Part shown: positions 15,752 through 33,630 of the stretch, one piece after another
Layout of the letters: each line of letters starts with the position of its first letter
How positions within the stretch are numbered: position 1 is the first letter of the stretch
From: the human T2T-CHM13v2.0 reference genome, Homo sapiens
Assembly (NCBI RefSeq): GCF_009914755.1
Contig: NC_060947.1
Strand: one strand, 5' to 3'
DNA length: 64,000 nucleotides
Program-made: the position numbers and the translations under genes
Notes under the pieces: generated by a model
The model's database searches: none
The model's input: only the letters and a program-made list of their open reading frames with translations
Told to the model about the DNA's origin: nothing

Positions 15752-16652
15752 TGACAGCCTAGCTCTTTAAGCCACTTCCTCTCTTAGTTTTCACAGACAC
15801 CCTCACCATCCTGAATATTTTAACATACCTCTGATTTAAACCAAACCACCAACCGCCTGCCACCTGAATCTGTACTGAAAGACCACACAACCACCCCAAG
15901 ACTGGAAAGACACATTAAAAGATCACTGAGCAAGACAAACTTGAATGAAGATTTCCTCCATCTCCCTTAACCCTCTCCAGCTGCCATCAGTTGTCTTTAA
16001 GCCTTTGAGGATAAAAAAGGTATGCCCTTGAGCCTCCAAATGACAATGCAATTTGAGGAACCACAGTCCACTCCCCATTTCACTAAGGACTGCAGCTTCC
16101 ACCAGCAACTGGCCAGGGCTGTGTGCTACAGGGTCAAGTGGGAGGGTTAGACACAGAGCCTGGAGCCAAAGGGATCCTTCCAGAAGAAACTGCCCTGCCC
16201 TAAATACAGGGGAAAATCCCACCAAGAGGAGAGGAGAGGAAGTCAACAGAAAGGGCCAGGGCTGAAAGGTTATAATGTTCAGTACAGCCTTGGGCCAGCT
16301 GAAACACAAAGGCATGTGGCAGGCTGAGGCCCCAGCCTGCCCATACCTGCTGGCTTTCTGGATGAGTTCCTGTGAAGCCTTAAGGACCTGGGGCTCTGTT
16401 TTTAACCCCCTAGTTCTCACCCCCACTACTTGAAGGAATTTGAATGAGCCACTGCTTCTTATACTCTGAAGGGCCTGTCTAAAGCTGCATTCATTGGTGG
16501 AACAGGCACACACCACTGCTAGGCGCTACCCCTAGAAGTCTGGACGGGCTCCCTAGATGCAAGGGTCTCAAACACACCAGTCCTCCAGCGCCTTATTCTG
16601 CCTACTTGGAAGCAATTGCAGGGGAAGAGGGGCAATGAGGGGTGGGCCAGAG

Positions 16653-16833
16653 CAGTAGTTCTCAAAGTGGAGTTCCACACCAGCAGCATCACCAGAGAAC
16701 CTGTTAGAAATGCAGACTCTCTGGCCCCAGCCCAGACTATTGAACTAGAAGGCATGGGGTGGGGTCCAGCAGTCGGTGTTTGAGCAAGCCCTCCAGGAGG
16801 TTCTAACGTATGCTCTGGTGTGAGAGTCACCAC
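16653..16833. mobile_element. MER5A (hAT-Charlie)
   Basis: cagtagttctcaaagtg...gaacctgttagaaatgcag...caagccctccagg. Confidence 0.85.
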
Positions 16834-17049
16834 CCAGAGAAACAAAAAAGGTTGAGGCTACAGGAGGGGCCGAGATCCTCTGGAGCAGCTGGCTGGATCC
16901 CACCCCGTGTGGGGGCAGGGATTCCTTCATATCCTACTCCTCCAGGAAGAAAAAAAAGCTGGAGGAAACACTTCCTTCTCATCAGGAAACACTATAGCAG
17001 TGGAAAGCTCAGAGAACACAGCAGTGCAGAAAATGAAAGGGGAAAATTC

Positions 17050-17412
<363 letters not shown>

Positions 17413-17912
17413 CTAAGGAGCCTGGCAATCGGGCAGATACGAAGTGAATACACAAGTCCCGACCTCTTCACATACTTCCCAAGGATCTGAGAACTAGGAA
17501 GGCCAGTAAATATTCAAGAGACTACAATCCTTGTGAAAAGTGGGAAAACGGAATCGAAAGGCCAGTAGGTGTGATCTGAGGAAGGTATCGTCACTCCCAT
17601 GACTGACTTTCCACCTATGAGGAGTAGTGTGCTACAGATAGTTGAAGCAGCAGGGGCTTCCAGGAGTGACACATTGGGCTGCTTTACAAGGGCAGAACCG
17701 ACTAGTGGAGGTTGGAAATTGAGTAAGGATAAAATTACAACAGATAAGAAAGTGATTACATGTGGGTCCAGCATTTTGTTCCTTTCTATTTCACCGCTGC
17801 TCAGTAACAACCTACACTTCACTTTTTGATGCCATTGTCATTCACTCATTCATTCATTATTTGCTCATTCATTTTGTTCAACAATGAAACCAATGCTCAA
17901 GCAGATGGAGGT

Positions 17913-18325
<413 letters not shown>

Positions 18326-18328
18326 TTA

Positions 18329-19770
<1,442 letters not shown>

Positions 19771-20215
19771 TTACATATGCACTTTCTAAATTTTAGCAGT
19801 CTGTCTATAATTATTGTCTTATAATCAATTCCTAGAAATGGAATTACTGATACAGTAGATATAAAACTATACACAAATATTTCTATACAAAGATAATTAT
19901 TGCAGCTTTATTTTCAAGGGCAAAAAAAGATGGGAAACAATGTCTGCCATGAAGTGGCTAGTTAAATAGATTGTGGTATATTCTTACAATGAGATTTAAA
20001 ATGTTCTCAGAAGAGATATAATACTTTTGGGGAAGTGCTCATAATATATTAAGTGGACAAGGGATCAATATAGCAGATACAATGTACCAGTATGTCTAAG
20101 TCTAATATAGAGAATGCCTTGGGGATCTTGCTAAACTGCAGATTCTGCATTTCTAACAGGCTCCAGGTGATGGGATTGTCCTTCTCCATATTTTACAATC
20201 AGAAATGTTTTCTTA

Positions 20216-20529
<314 letters not shown>

Positions 20530-20534
20530 CAACT

Positions 20535-20780
20535 CATATGAAACATCCAGAAAAGGCAGATCTAGAGAGACAGCAGACAGCAGGCAGTGAAGCTGGGAGT
20601 GGGAATGGGAATTAACAATAAATGGGCATGAAGGATGTGGATGTTATTGGGGTGATGAAAATGTTCTAAAGCATTTTATGATGATGGTTGCATAACTGGG
20701 TATGTTTACTAAAAACCATTGAGCTATATTCTTGAAATGGGTGAATTACATGATATTTAAAATGTGCCTCAATAAAGTTA
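20535..20780 (+). mobile_element. Old L1 (L1MB/ME) 3' end
   Basis: ggggtgatgaaaatgttctaaa...atggttgcataact...tgcctcaataaag. Confidence 0.75.
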
Positions 20781-20894
20781 CTTTCTGAAGGATTTTTTTA
20801 AATGACCAGGCAGATTTTTTAAACTATCACATTATGAAGGCTTCTGTTTCTTCTGCTTCCTTTTCAAGGCCCCATCCTGAATTGCTACTCCTAC

Positions 20895-21333
20895 TGTGGT
20901 AAATTGAATGGCAACCCCCTAAAAAGATATGTCAACATTCTAATTCCCAGAATCAGGATCTTATTTGGGGAAAGGGTCCTTGCTGATGTAGTTAAGGATC
21001 CTGAGATGAAGAGATCATTCTGGATTATCCTGGGGGTCCCTAAATCCAATGACAAGTGTTGTCCTCATATGAGACACACAGAGGAGAAGATGGACAGAGG
21101 AGAAGGCAATGTGAAGAGGAAGGCAGAGAGAGGAGTGATGCGGCTGGAAGCAAAGGAAAGCCAGGAGCCACCAGAAGCTGGGAGAGGCAAGAAATGGCTT
21201 CTCCCCTAGAACACCGTTGGAGGGCACATTGATTCTGGACTTCTGGCTTCCAGAAATCAGAGAGAATAAATTTCTGTTGTTTTAAGCCACCCAGTTTGTG
21301 GTCATTTGTTGTGGTAGCCAAGGAAAACTAACC
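20895..21333 (+). mobile_element. MLT1 (MLT1C-like) LTR
   Basis: tgtggtaaattgaatggc...aaaagatatgtc...gagagaataaatttctgttgttttaagccacccagtttgtgg. Confidence 0.85.
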
Positions 21334-21723
21334 TGTCCACCAATGAGGCCTCTGGGTCTGGTTCCACCAGGAGCTCCACTCAGATCCCAAGACAGCCAGA
21401 GACTGGCTAGCCATGGTGGCGTGAGCAGAGGAGAGGAAAGGAAGGCTTTGTACGCACACACCAAAACAGAGAGCCCAGGACAGACACGTTTCGCAAGATG
21501 GGATTCTGCTGGAAACACCTAGTGACATTCTGAGAATACCAACTAAAAGAGCACTTGAAAGGAGTACCTCTCCATAGCACAGCTGCTCTGTCACCGCTCT
21601 GACAGTTCATGAGGCTTTTCAGACAGACCTCAGCTCTCTCTTTCACTGTTTCCAGCAATACAACCTGCGGCTCACTAGCACCCCCAAAACAGTTGCTGAT
21701 GCCTTTCTCCAGTTCAAATAACA

Positions 21724-22033
21724 GGTCAGGTGCGGTGGCTCATGCCTGTAATCCCAGCACTTCGAGAGGACAAGGTGGGAGGATCTCTTGAGCCCAGAGT
21801 GCAAGACCAGCCTGGGCAACATGGCGAAACCCTGTCTACCAAGAGAAAAAAAACAACAACAAAAATCAGCCAGCGTGGTGGCGCGTGCACAGGCACTGTG
21901 CAGCTACTCAGGTGGTTGGGGTGGGAGAATCACTTGAGCCCAAGAGGTCGAGGTTGCAGTGACCTGTGATCATGCCACTGCACTCTCCAGCCTAGGTGAC
22001 AGAGCGAGACCCTGTCTCAAAAACAATAACAAA
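21724..22033 (+). mobile_element. Alu (AluJ)
   Basis: Full Alu. Confidence 0.95.
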
Positions 22034-22159
22034 ATGACCATTGAGTCTCACTGACTCTGGAGGCAGCTCACAACCCTTTTTCTCGTTGCAAACCACACTT
22101 TAAGGAGTTTTTCTTTCTTTGAAAAGCATTTAGTAAGACTTTAGAATAGCAAACCCCAG

Positions 22160-22545
22160 TGTTTTGTTTAATTGACACATAATAATTGTACATATTTATG
22201 GGGTACATGTGCTATTTCAATACATATATACAATGTATAATGATCAAATCAGAATTAGCATATCCATCACCTCAAACACTGAGCATTTGTTCGTGCTTGA
22301 AACATTTGAAATCCTCTCTTCTAGCTGTTTGAAAATATACAATAAACTGTTGTTTATAGTCAGCCTATGATGCCACAGAATACTAGAACTTATTCCTCCC
22401 ATCTAGCTGTAATTCTGTATCCCTTAATCAACCTCTCCCTACCCTCCTCTCTCTGTACCCTTCCCAACCTCTTATAACCATAATTCTACTCTGTTTCTGA
22501 GCTCAGACTTTTTAGCTCCCAGATGTAAGTAAAAACGTGCACAGA
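22160..22545 (-). mobile_element. L1MA 3' end fragment
   Basis: tttaattgacacataataattgtacatatttatggggtacatgtg...tatccatcacctcaaaca. Confidence 0.85.
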
Positions 22546-23416
22546 CCCTAGAGTTTGAACGGATCTCTGAAAATGGGAAATATCAGATTAGTGTATTCGA
22601 AATGTCTATTCATATTCATTAACTCAAGCCTCAGAAAACAAATAAAAAAAAACTTAAACACACACACAAAAATCCTCACCTAATTTTACAAATTTAACCA
22701 CTTCTAAGGGTGGACGTTTTAGCCAAAATAAACCATATCCTTAACTTTTTATTCCAAGTACATCATGCAATCAATTCACTGGTTCCTATTTTCCAAGAGT
22801 TACTTCCAAGACATTAGGGAACTCAATTTCCAAAAAACCCTGTTGGCATTCAAAGACCAGCAGAATTACTAAACCCTGCTACTGGAAAATTCAGGCCATT
22901 ATGTTCCTCAAATGGGCTTAAAATGAACCCGTATCAATTATTTGACGACCATCTGGTTGCTAACAAGAGACTTTTGGAAACCAGGCTTAAAATAAAAATG
23001 TACAAATGAGCATAAAGTTCAGAAAATCAACAAGATTCAGTACTCAGATCACATCTGTCCTTTCTTATCAGCATTTTTTTCTCTAATTCCAGAATTTTCA
23101 TTTTCCTCAGTTGCTCATTGCTTTGACTTCTTCTCATGGTAAGATTACCATTAAGACTTCCGATGAGATTCATTATAAAGATGATTATGTCAAGAGGAGG
23201 TTTGTTTTCTATCCGTGTATATCTAGGAAATGTGGTACACGATTAAGCTAAACTTAAAATCACTTTTTAGATGGTAGCTTTTTTATTATTCAAAGAATGG
23301 CACCCACTGCACAAAGAGGAAGTCCCAAATCCAGAATGTTATTTTAAGAAACACTATATCCTGACATGGGTTTACTTGTAGGTGACCACCTCTGGGTATC
23401 ATTTGAGGGGCAGTGA

Positions 23417-23807
<391 letters not shown>

Positions 23808-24166
23808 TGGGATTTTCAGGTTTAATGATGGACCCAAACAATGTTAGAACCAAAAGGGGTCTTAGAATTCATCTGGTTCAACTTCCTAATTATAAAGGTA
23901 TAGGTACATGCCTTGCCCAAAGTAACACTCCTCCTCCAACAAATACATACACAGTATCCACCCAGTGCCAAGCACAGTGCCAGGTACTGGGCAAATGAAG
24001 ATATCACCCCACCCCCTGCCCTAGTCTCTCTAAATTCATAATCTAGTCTGGTGAGAGACAAAATTCAATGTAAGAGCTTTGAGAGAAAATGCTGCCCTTG
24101 GTCACAAAAGCAGAAAGGAAAATTTGCTGGTTTTTCAAGTCAAAGTATTTGGTATAAGAATTCTCA

Positions 24167-24431
<265 letters not shown>

Positions 24432-24569
24432 TACATATATTCTCAAACTGCTCAGAATTATTCTCTTAACTGGAGGGTAATAGTGTGCTGAGGCATTCTG
24501 ATGTGCTACAGCATGAAATTATTATGAGCCATAAAACCTTATATTCTAAGAGGGGGCAAAAAGTAAAGT

Positions 24570-25010
24570 TAGCCCAAGTATCTATCAATGACTGAATGGA
24601 AAAACAAAATGTGGTATATCCATACAAGAGGATATGATTCAGCCTTACAAAGGAAGGAAATCCTGTCACATGCTACCACACGGATGAACCTTGAGGACAT
24701 TATGCTAAGTAGAATAAGCCAGTCACAAAAAGACAAATCATATATGATTCCACTTACATGAACTACTTGGAGGAGTCAAATTCAGACACAGAACACAGAA
24801 TGGTGGTTGCCAGGGGCTGGGGGGAAGGGGAAATGGGGAGCTGGTGTGTCATGGGTGCAGAGTTTCAGTTTTGCAAGATAAAAAAGTTCTGAAGATTAGT
24901 GGCACAACAATGTGCATGTACTTAGTGCTATTTGAACCATACACTTCAAATGACTAAGATGGTACATTTTATGTTACCTGTATTGCACAATAATTTTTTA
25001 CATTTTTTTA
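24570..25010 (+). mobile_element. L1MB 3' fragment
   Basis: ggatgaaccttgaggacattatgctaagt...gagtttcagttttgcaagata. Confidence 0.9.
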
Positions 25011-25489
25011 AGTAAAATCAAATGAGTTTAATGTGATGAGCCAAATTCCATTAAAGACAGCTTTTCCCACCTAAGCATCTAATGTACTCTGCATGTCTGG
25101 GGCCATGGTGGGACTCAGGAGGTCAGAGTAATAATTCTAAATTATTCCATCAGAATGGCATTGCCTTCAAAATAATCAAGGCCAGGGAAGAAGGGAAGAA
25201 TGAGGAGGAGAGAGAACAAACAAAGCAGCATTGGCCAGCAGATGATAACGCTGAAGCTAGACGATGGGTAAAAAGGGGTTCATTAGACCAGCCCCTCTAT
25301 TGAGTGCTATGCTTCAAACCTTTCTTGTGGCGGCCAACAAAAGTGAAAGCTGGTCAAGGGAATTTCATTCTCTGGGCAAATGCAAAAGTTTATCTCTAAG
25401 ATATCTGGTGTCACTAATTATCTTCGTTTATTATGTCCCAGCAAGGCAAAGCACTAAGTCAATTTAAGGGTAGCAACAGTGTGACCAAA

Positions 25490-25880
25490 TACTATTGTCT
25501 TCACACCTAACTTTTTGAATAGGATACATTTACATCATTCAAATCACACACATACACACAAACATCCCCACACAGAATCTAGCTCCCATTCTCCCAGTCT
25601 ACCACTACCACACATAGGTTATTAGTTTCTTAGGCAACTTCTAGTTTCTTTAAGAAAATATCATACATTAGCATATCATACCCACTGTCCTGCACCTTGC
25701 TTTTCTCACTGAACAATAATATATTTGGAAGGTCCACAGCGGTAAAAAGCATCCTCATTCTTTTTTCTGACTGTAGAGTATTCTACTATATGGATGTACT
25801 ATAACTTATATATCCCAAGTTGATGGACATTTAGGATGTATACAATATTTTTCTGTTACAAATCATTTCATATCTATCTT
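25490..25880 (-). mobile_element. Old L1ME 3' fragment
   Basis: tgcaccttgctttttctcactgaacaat...gttgatggacatttagg. Confidence 0.6.
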
Positions 25881-26848
25881 GTGAAGAAAATTTTTATTAA
25901 AACCTGGTAGTTCAATATATACTGTGACTATTATACAGCTTAATGATATTATGTTAATATTGTCTTGAGCTGGTATTCTCCCTCCTCTCCTGGGATCTCT
26001 AACTCTTTAAGGCACAGCCCAAGCCTAACTAAGTTCCTCAGCAAAGCCTGCCTTGATCTTTCTGGTCCACAACAAGCACTTCTTCTTAATTTCTGTACTA
26101 CACCTTCTCACACCACTTTGCATGTATTATCTATTTTTTGGCTGTTTGATGTGAATTGTGTGTTCCTGGAGGCCACAGCTATTGCCTATTCTATTTCGGT
26201 ATTCTGCACAGCCCCTAGCAGTTTCAGCAAGGAGAACATATTTAACAAACACTGATAATTAACTAGCATTAGTAAATGTTTCCCTTATTCATGATTCACA
26301 GGTTTTCTGGACCCAAGATGTCCTTCAGAGAAGGGGTCTAGCCAGTTTGATTCTGTGAATTGTTGTAAAATCATAATCAAATAGTGACTCATTGCAAAAA
26401 AAGATCCAAATTCAACAAATTGAATCCTCTTGGCATGCTCTGCACACAGAATAGGAAACATCATGACATTCAGAAGGTGCCCGACATCTCAATTCACAGG
26501 CACAAAATGATATTTAAATAGCATCTGTGATGGGGACACAGCCAACATATACAAAAAAGTTACAAGTAACATTGATGTGGGGTGGAGAGGAGTTCTCTCA
26601 CACTTTTAAGGGTAAATTATGCTCAGCATAATTCTCAATCACATTTTAATTTTACTCTGCAATCTATTTCACTCATTCAATCACTCTATATTGAGGGTGG
26701 CCAGGGAAGGCCTCTCCAGCAGGTGACTTCTTCGCTGAAATCTGCATGGCAAACAAGAATGGCAGACCAGGCAGAGGGACTTCTCCTGAGAAGCTGCCGG
26801 ACGCAGGCAGAGGTGCACAGATGGCAAATAGGGTTCCAATATAATTGG

Positions 26849-27485
26849 TGTTATGAGTTGAATTGTATCTCCCCAAAAGATATGGAAGTCCTTATCCCCA
26901 GTATCCATGAATATGACGTTATTTAGACATAGGGTCTTTGCAGATGATCAAGTTAAAATTAGGTCATTTGAGTGGCGCTAATCCAATATGAGTGGTATCC
27001 TTATAAAAAGGAGAACTTTGGGATGGGAGCTGTGGCTCACGCCTGTAATCTCAGCGCTTTGGGAGGCCAAGGTGGGAGGATCACTTGAGCCCAGAAGATG
27101 GAGGCTGCAGTGAGCCATAATCGTGCCAGTGCACTCCAGCCTGAGCAACAGAGCAAGATTCTATCTCCAAAAAAAAAAAAAAAACAAAAAAAAAAAACAC
27201 AAAAATGAAGAACTTTGGACACAGAGATATGCACACAGGGAGAATGCCATGTGAAGATGAAGACAGAGACTGGGGTGATGTGTCTACAACCCAAAGATCG
27301 CCAGCAAACCACCAGAAGCAAGGGGAGGAGCAGACTCTCCCTCACGACCCTCAGAAGGAACCAACCCTGCCCACACCTTGATCTCTGAATTCCAGCCTCC
27401 AGAACTGCCAGACAATAAATTTCCACTGGTTAAGCCACTCACAGCATGTGGTACTTTGTCACAGCAGCACAAGCAAACTAATACA
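26849..27485 (+). mobile_element. MLT1 (MLT1B-like) LTR split by an Alu monomer
   Basis: tgttatgagttgaattgtatctcccc...agcctccagaactgccagacaataaa...aaactaataca. Confidence 0.85.
27021..27201 (+). mobile_element. Monomeric Alu (FAM/FRAM-like)
   Basis: Single about 150-nt monomer plus A tail; TSD ending agaactttgg on both sides. Confidence 0.85.
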
Positions 27486-27729
27486 ATGGGTGTCAGGTAC
27501 AGTAAATATTCACACCACGCTGAAAGTCACTTTGAATCTATTTTGGCAGCAGAATCCTTGTCCTAAATACAATTTTACCTGGACCTCCAATATGTTAACA
27601 GATGAAAAGGATGAAAAGGGTTACTCAAAAGAAAATACTTCACTCAACCTATAAAGTACCAATCTCTGATCACATGAGTTCTTTGCAACCCTCTTTGAAA
27701 AGGACTTAAAAGGAAAGTTAAAAAAATAA

Positions 27730-28067
<338 letters not shown>

Positions 28068-28278
28068 TCAAACCAGACGGGGTCAGAAAACTTGGGTGAG
28101 GGAAGGGGGTGGTGATTTCTATTATCATATTATTAAATGATTATGGTGACCACCACCACTGCCATTTGAAAGTACCTCCTAGAAGCCAGGCACTGTGTCC
28201 ACTCTTCTTGTCAACTCAGGGTGTTGTGGTCCCTCTTTAGGAAAGCAAAATCAGGGGACCTGACTTGCTAAAAGCCCC

Positions 28279-28651
28279 CATCTTAGTCAGCCTAGGTTGC
28301 CATAACAAAATACCACAGACTAGGGGGGCTTAAATAATAGAAATTCATTACCTCACAGCTCTGAAGGCTGGAATCAAGGTACATTGGGTTTCTCCTGGGG
28401 CCCCTCTCCTTGGCTTGCAGATAGCCACCTGCTTGCTGTGTCCTCACATGGTCTTTCCTCTGTGCGTCTGCGTCCCTGGTATCTCTCGGTGAGCCCTAAT
28501 CTCCTCTTCTTATGAGGACACCAGTCAGATTGGATTAAGGCCTACCCTAATGGCCTCATTTTAACTTAATCACCTCTTTAAAGGACCTATCTCCAAAGAC
28601 AGTCACATTATGAGGTACAGGGGGGTTAGGGACAAAATTTGGCCCATAATA
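28279..28651 (-). mobile_element. MaLR LTR (MLT1A/MST-like)
   Basis: tcttagtc...gccataacaaaataccacagact...ctaatggcctcattttaacttaatcacctc; 5-bp TSD gcccc. Confidence 0.85.
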
Positions 28652-30119
28652 GCCCCTTAGGGAAAAAGCCACAGAGCCCACATTCCAACCCAGAACTATT
28701 TGACCCCAGAGGCCATTTTCCTCAGATCACACTGCCTGCCCCCTAAAAGCCCTCTTCATTTGCTATAAAGGAAAATATATTATCTGAACAATAAGAAAAA
28801 TAAATAACAGCTTTTTGGTTTGTTCCCTTTTTAAGACTCTCTCGAGGTCATCCCCTGGGAAAGGCCAGGGAGAGTCCCCAGGGCACAGTGTCAGCCCTCG
28901 GGGCTCAAGGAGAAAGGAAATGAAAGCTGCCCCACCTCCTCTAAGAGGCCCAGCCTGAGGCCAAACCTACATGGATTTTAGCTTCCACCTTCCAGGACAC
29001 TTCAGGCCGACTCAAAAAAAAAAAAAAAAATCCTGGCCAAGAATACCCTAAAAAGTGCCCATCAGAAAGCCCTGACTTTTCAGAAAATATGAGCCCTTCA
29101 CATGGTTACCTGGGCTCTGGCAGCTGCCGTACCCACCAGGGTTCACAGAATCATCTTCAAACATCTACCATCCTCTGCTCCTTCAGATACCAAATCATAT
29201 AAAAGATGGCACCCTGCTGTGCCCTTCCCTAGGCAGGAAAGCAGTGCTCTGAAGACTGAGATGACAGAGTCCTTTATGAGCACCGTTCTGGGGGCCTACA
29301 AGGGGGAGATGTCCAGGAGAGAGCCCTCCTTTACCAAGCACAGGGACCCCATGAAATCAGAAGAATTCTAGAGTGGACAACCAATCAAAATACTTACGTT
29401 CCAAACACCCAGCCAGAGTGAAGAGGACCAGAAACCAAGTGTTGGTTAAAATTTGATTAGGGATACATATCTGATCCAAGATAATAAAACAATTTAAAGC
29501 CCTAAATGCAGTACCAGCTATATTTTTTTTAAGGACAGTGTGAAAAAAAGTCATCTTGGAGTGGGAGAAGATGGGGAATGAAGAAACATCAGAAAAGACG
29601 TCATGGAAGAGATAAGAGGGGTAGTAATGACTGTAACATGATTATAACATGTTACATTTACATTTATTATATTATGTTCCATTTGATACAGTGTACCAAA
29701 TGCCAAATGACCTATGCTTCTATTTCAGAGACCCACTGATATTTACATGTCACAACCTCTTTAGTAATAAGGGTCCATTTCTAACCACCTCAATTCTAAT
29801 TGAGGCATGTCATCGAATACTCCCAGAAAGTTGTCTATCTGGGTATTGTCTCCCAACTTTATATGCATATTCTAACTCTGTGGTTGAAAAAAGTAAAAGC
29901 CAGTTTCAGGCCAACCCCAGGAGGAAACCAGTAAATACACATCCCCCTGAGTATGCTCAAGGCTGAAAACCAATACTCATAATGGTCATTAGGGAAGACA
30001 TGGTCTCCTAACCAACTATGCTCCTTCCTATAGATGAGATTCTACCTTTGTGTTCCCAGCTTATTAATCAATAATTTATGCCAGGCATGAAAAAAATGCC
30101 TGATAGAAACAAGTCAAGC

Positions 30120-31360
30120 TATATATTGCTGGTAGAAGGGCAATTTAGCAATATCTATCAAAACCATAAGGACATAAACTCTTAACCCAACAACTCCACT
30201 GCTAAGCATGTATCCTATGGATAGACTCATAATAGAAGGTGACTTGTTGCAGGAGAAGCTGAAAACAACCCCAAATAGGGCACCAATTAAACAGAATAAG
30301 GTGCTGATATAGAAAGATGCATTAAGTAGAAAAAAGCTACTTGGCTCACACATTGCATTCTGTTGCCCAATTTGTGGGTTTTAAATTTTTTTGTATTTCA
30401 ATATTTGTACAAGCATACAAAAATCCTAGAGAATGAAAAAAAAAAAAAAACCAAGAGGGAGGGGAGTAAAGTAGGAAACTTTATGCTCTTCTCTACCATC
30501 TGAATGTCTTTTCCGTGAGTTTATAATTTAAAACACATAGAAGAAAAATCCATGAGCAATGAGAATTCACGAGCATATAGCCTTGAATTTCTTTCAGTAG
30601 TGAACAGAATCTTAAAGGACGGTTAAGCAACCTTCACTGGGCTGATTCCTACTCAGGAAGTAGCCTGACACAGTTAAGACTGGGCTTCATGAACAAGGCA
30701 CGAAACCCAAATGGTTTCTTATTAGTCATCGTTCAATCAGAAAACCAAAGAACTTTCCACACCCCATTCTGCAAGTCTAGCACATAAACACATTTTTAAT
30801 CAATACATTTCCGTAATTTTGAGGGGTAAAGGTATGTGACATAATTAAAATACAATCCAGAACACTATGAATTCAATATCTTACTCAATGGATACTAAAA
30901 ATTACAGTGATGGTAACTTCTAGAAGGAAAAAAAATAAGCTGGAAAGGGTGTAAGTATGCACATGGATACTCACCACGGTTTTGCATGTTAACAGCAAAA
31001 ACAAAATTAGAAGCAAACCAAACGTACACAACAGGAGACTAAGTGAATAAACTATATGCTAGCCATACAACAAAATACTACAAACCTTAGTAACTCTGTA
31101 TCATAGATATGGAAAGGTATTTGTGGCACATTTAAATTAAAAAGCTGTTTATAACAGCTTTTGGTATGGCTCTATTTGGAAAATTATTTTTTTAATATAT
31201 ACTTGTATACGCATGCTGGAAAAGGTTAGAAGGAAATAGACCAAAATATGAACCATGGTTATCTCGGCAGTAGGATTACAGGAGATTCTGCATATGTATA
31301 TTTTGGCTGATCTCTATTCTAACTTTTCTATCAAAACATTTTTAACTGTGTGATTTTTAA
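30120..31360 (+). mobile_element. Degenerate L1ME/L1MC 3' fragments (about 30120-30420 and 30950-31360)
   Basis: gggcaatttagcaatatctatcaaa...aacccaacaactccactgcta; gaaggaaatagaccaaaat. Confidence 0.5.
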
Positions 31361-31578
31361 CTTAAAAAAATGTTGGCTATCTTATCCTTTGGCAGACACA
31401 ATGCTCTTCCACGGAAGAGAATTCAACATGAAACATGTTGCTTGTTCTCTATTTTGCCCCTTTGCAGGTCTTTCAACAGTTTTTCTGATGCTTTAGAAAC
31501 TAGAGAAAGGGGAAGAAGACAGGTCTAACATTTTCAAGGTCGTCTTTCCCTCTTTTAAATGTGGCTATTATGTTAGGC

Positions 31579-31839
31579 CAGTGGTTCCTAACCAGAGGCA
31601 ATTGTGCCCCAGCAAGGGACATTTGGTAATGTCTGGAGACGCTTTCCTTTGTTGTCACGACTTGGAGGGATCTGGCGGGGGCGGGGGGTGGGGGCAGGGG
31701 CGGGACGGGCGATTGTGCTATTGGCATCTAGCGAGTAGACCCCAGAGATGCTCCTAAACATCCTACAACACACAGGACAGCCCCCACAACAGGCTTAACT
31801 GGCTCAAAATATCAACAGTGCCAAGGCTAAGAAACTCTG
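31579..31839. mobile_element. MER20 (hAT-Charlie) with an expanded G-rich centre
   Basis: cagtggttcctaacc...ggacatttggtaatgtctggagac...ggcatctagcgagtaga...aacagtgccaaggctaagaaactctg. Confidence 0.9.
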
Positions 31840-31912
31840 GGTAAATGAGTCTTCAAGTGACTCCCTAACCCTTCATAAACAGCACCCTCAAATGGCTATA
31901 TAAGAGCATCTG

Positions 31913-32236
<324 letters not shown>

Positions 32237-32249
32237 CTGGCTAAGAGGC

Positions 32250-32860
32250 ACCCGTGCTAAAGTGGGAATGCACTGATCGCTGAGGCGGAATACCTGGGTT
32301 GAATCCTGGATCTGCCTCTTTTCTAGCCGTGAAGCCTCAGGCAGGCAACTGTACTATCCTGCTGATTACCCCATCCTCCTCTATAAACTGGAAATCCCAC
32401 CACTGGCCATCCACCTCCCACCTCTGAGTGCACAAGAAGCTTCAACACAATAATATGGGAGAAGAGGTTTTGTAAACTATAAAGCACCATGCACATGTGA
32501 ATGCTATTATCATTCTAGGGTAGTAGTTGGCCAAGTTTACTAATGAACACACACTTAGGGTTTCAATGAGTCTTTACCTAGCACATTCCCACTGCCCTGA
32601 GTCACATTAACCTACTTCAGATGCTAACTTGGCAGTGATTTTTACTAAATACTGAAGCTGAAAAACATAAAGAGTGGTTTTCCTATATTATCTCTCCCTT
32701 GGCTTAAACTGTGAAGCACCAGAACTTAGTGATCAGACAACATGACCTGGAATCAGACTCCCAGGAAAGAATCCCACCTTTACATCTTACTAGCTTGGTG
32801 ACCATGGAAAGTGATGTGGCTTCTCTGTGTCTCAGTTTCCTCATCTGTCTATCCAAACCA
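32250..32860 (+). mobile_element. MIR fragments (about 32250-32510 and 32730-32860)
   Basis: cctgggttgaatcctggatctgcc; tgtctcagtttcctcatctgt. Confidence 0.65.
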
Positions 32861-33011
32861 GAACATTTCAGAGTGAAATGGTTTATCATCTGACCAGGAC
32901 ATCTGAGAATGAAAGCAGGTGATGTCAATGTTAATGCGAGGACAACAGGCATACACCAGAACGGTCCCCAGGCAAGTAGAGGAAATAAGGTGGCTCTAAA
33001 AGAAGGGATAA

Positions 33012-33320
33012 TGCTGGGCATGGTGGCTCACACCTATAATCCCAACACTTTGGGAGGCCCAGGCAGGCAGATCACTGAGCCCAGGAGTTCAAGACCAGCC
33101 TGGGCAACATGGTGAAACCCTGTCTCTACAAAAAAAAAAAAAAAAAAAAAATCAGCCAGGCATGGTGGTGTGCAACTATAGTCCCAGCTACTCAGGAGGC
33201 TGAGAGGTGGGAGGCTCACTTGAGCCCAGGAGGTCGAGGCTGCAGTGAGCTGTGATTGCACCATTGCACTCCAGCCTGGGTGAGAGTGAGATCCCGTCTC
33301 AATAAATAGATAAATAAATA
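33012..33320 (+). mobile_element. Alu (AluJ)
   Basis: Full Alu with (AAAT)n tail. Confidence 0.95.

Positions 33321-33630
<310 letters not shown>

Noticed and set aside
15923-16516. 197-aa minus-strand ORF, the longest non-repeat ORF
   Set aside because: Non-ATG start, no recognisable domain or family, and no convincing splice boundaries; consistent with a chance ORF.
29005-29035. Isolated A run after gactc, possibly a severely truncated retro-insertion
   Set aside because: No clear TSD or element body.
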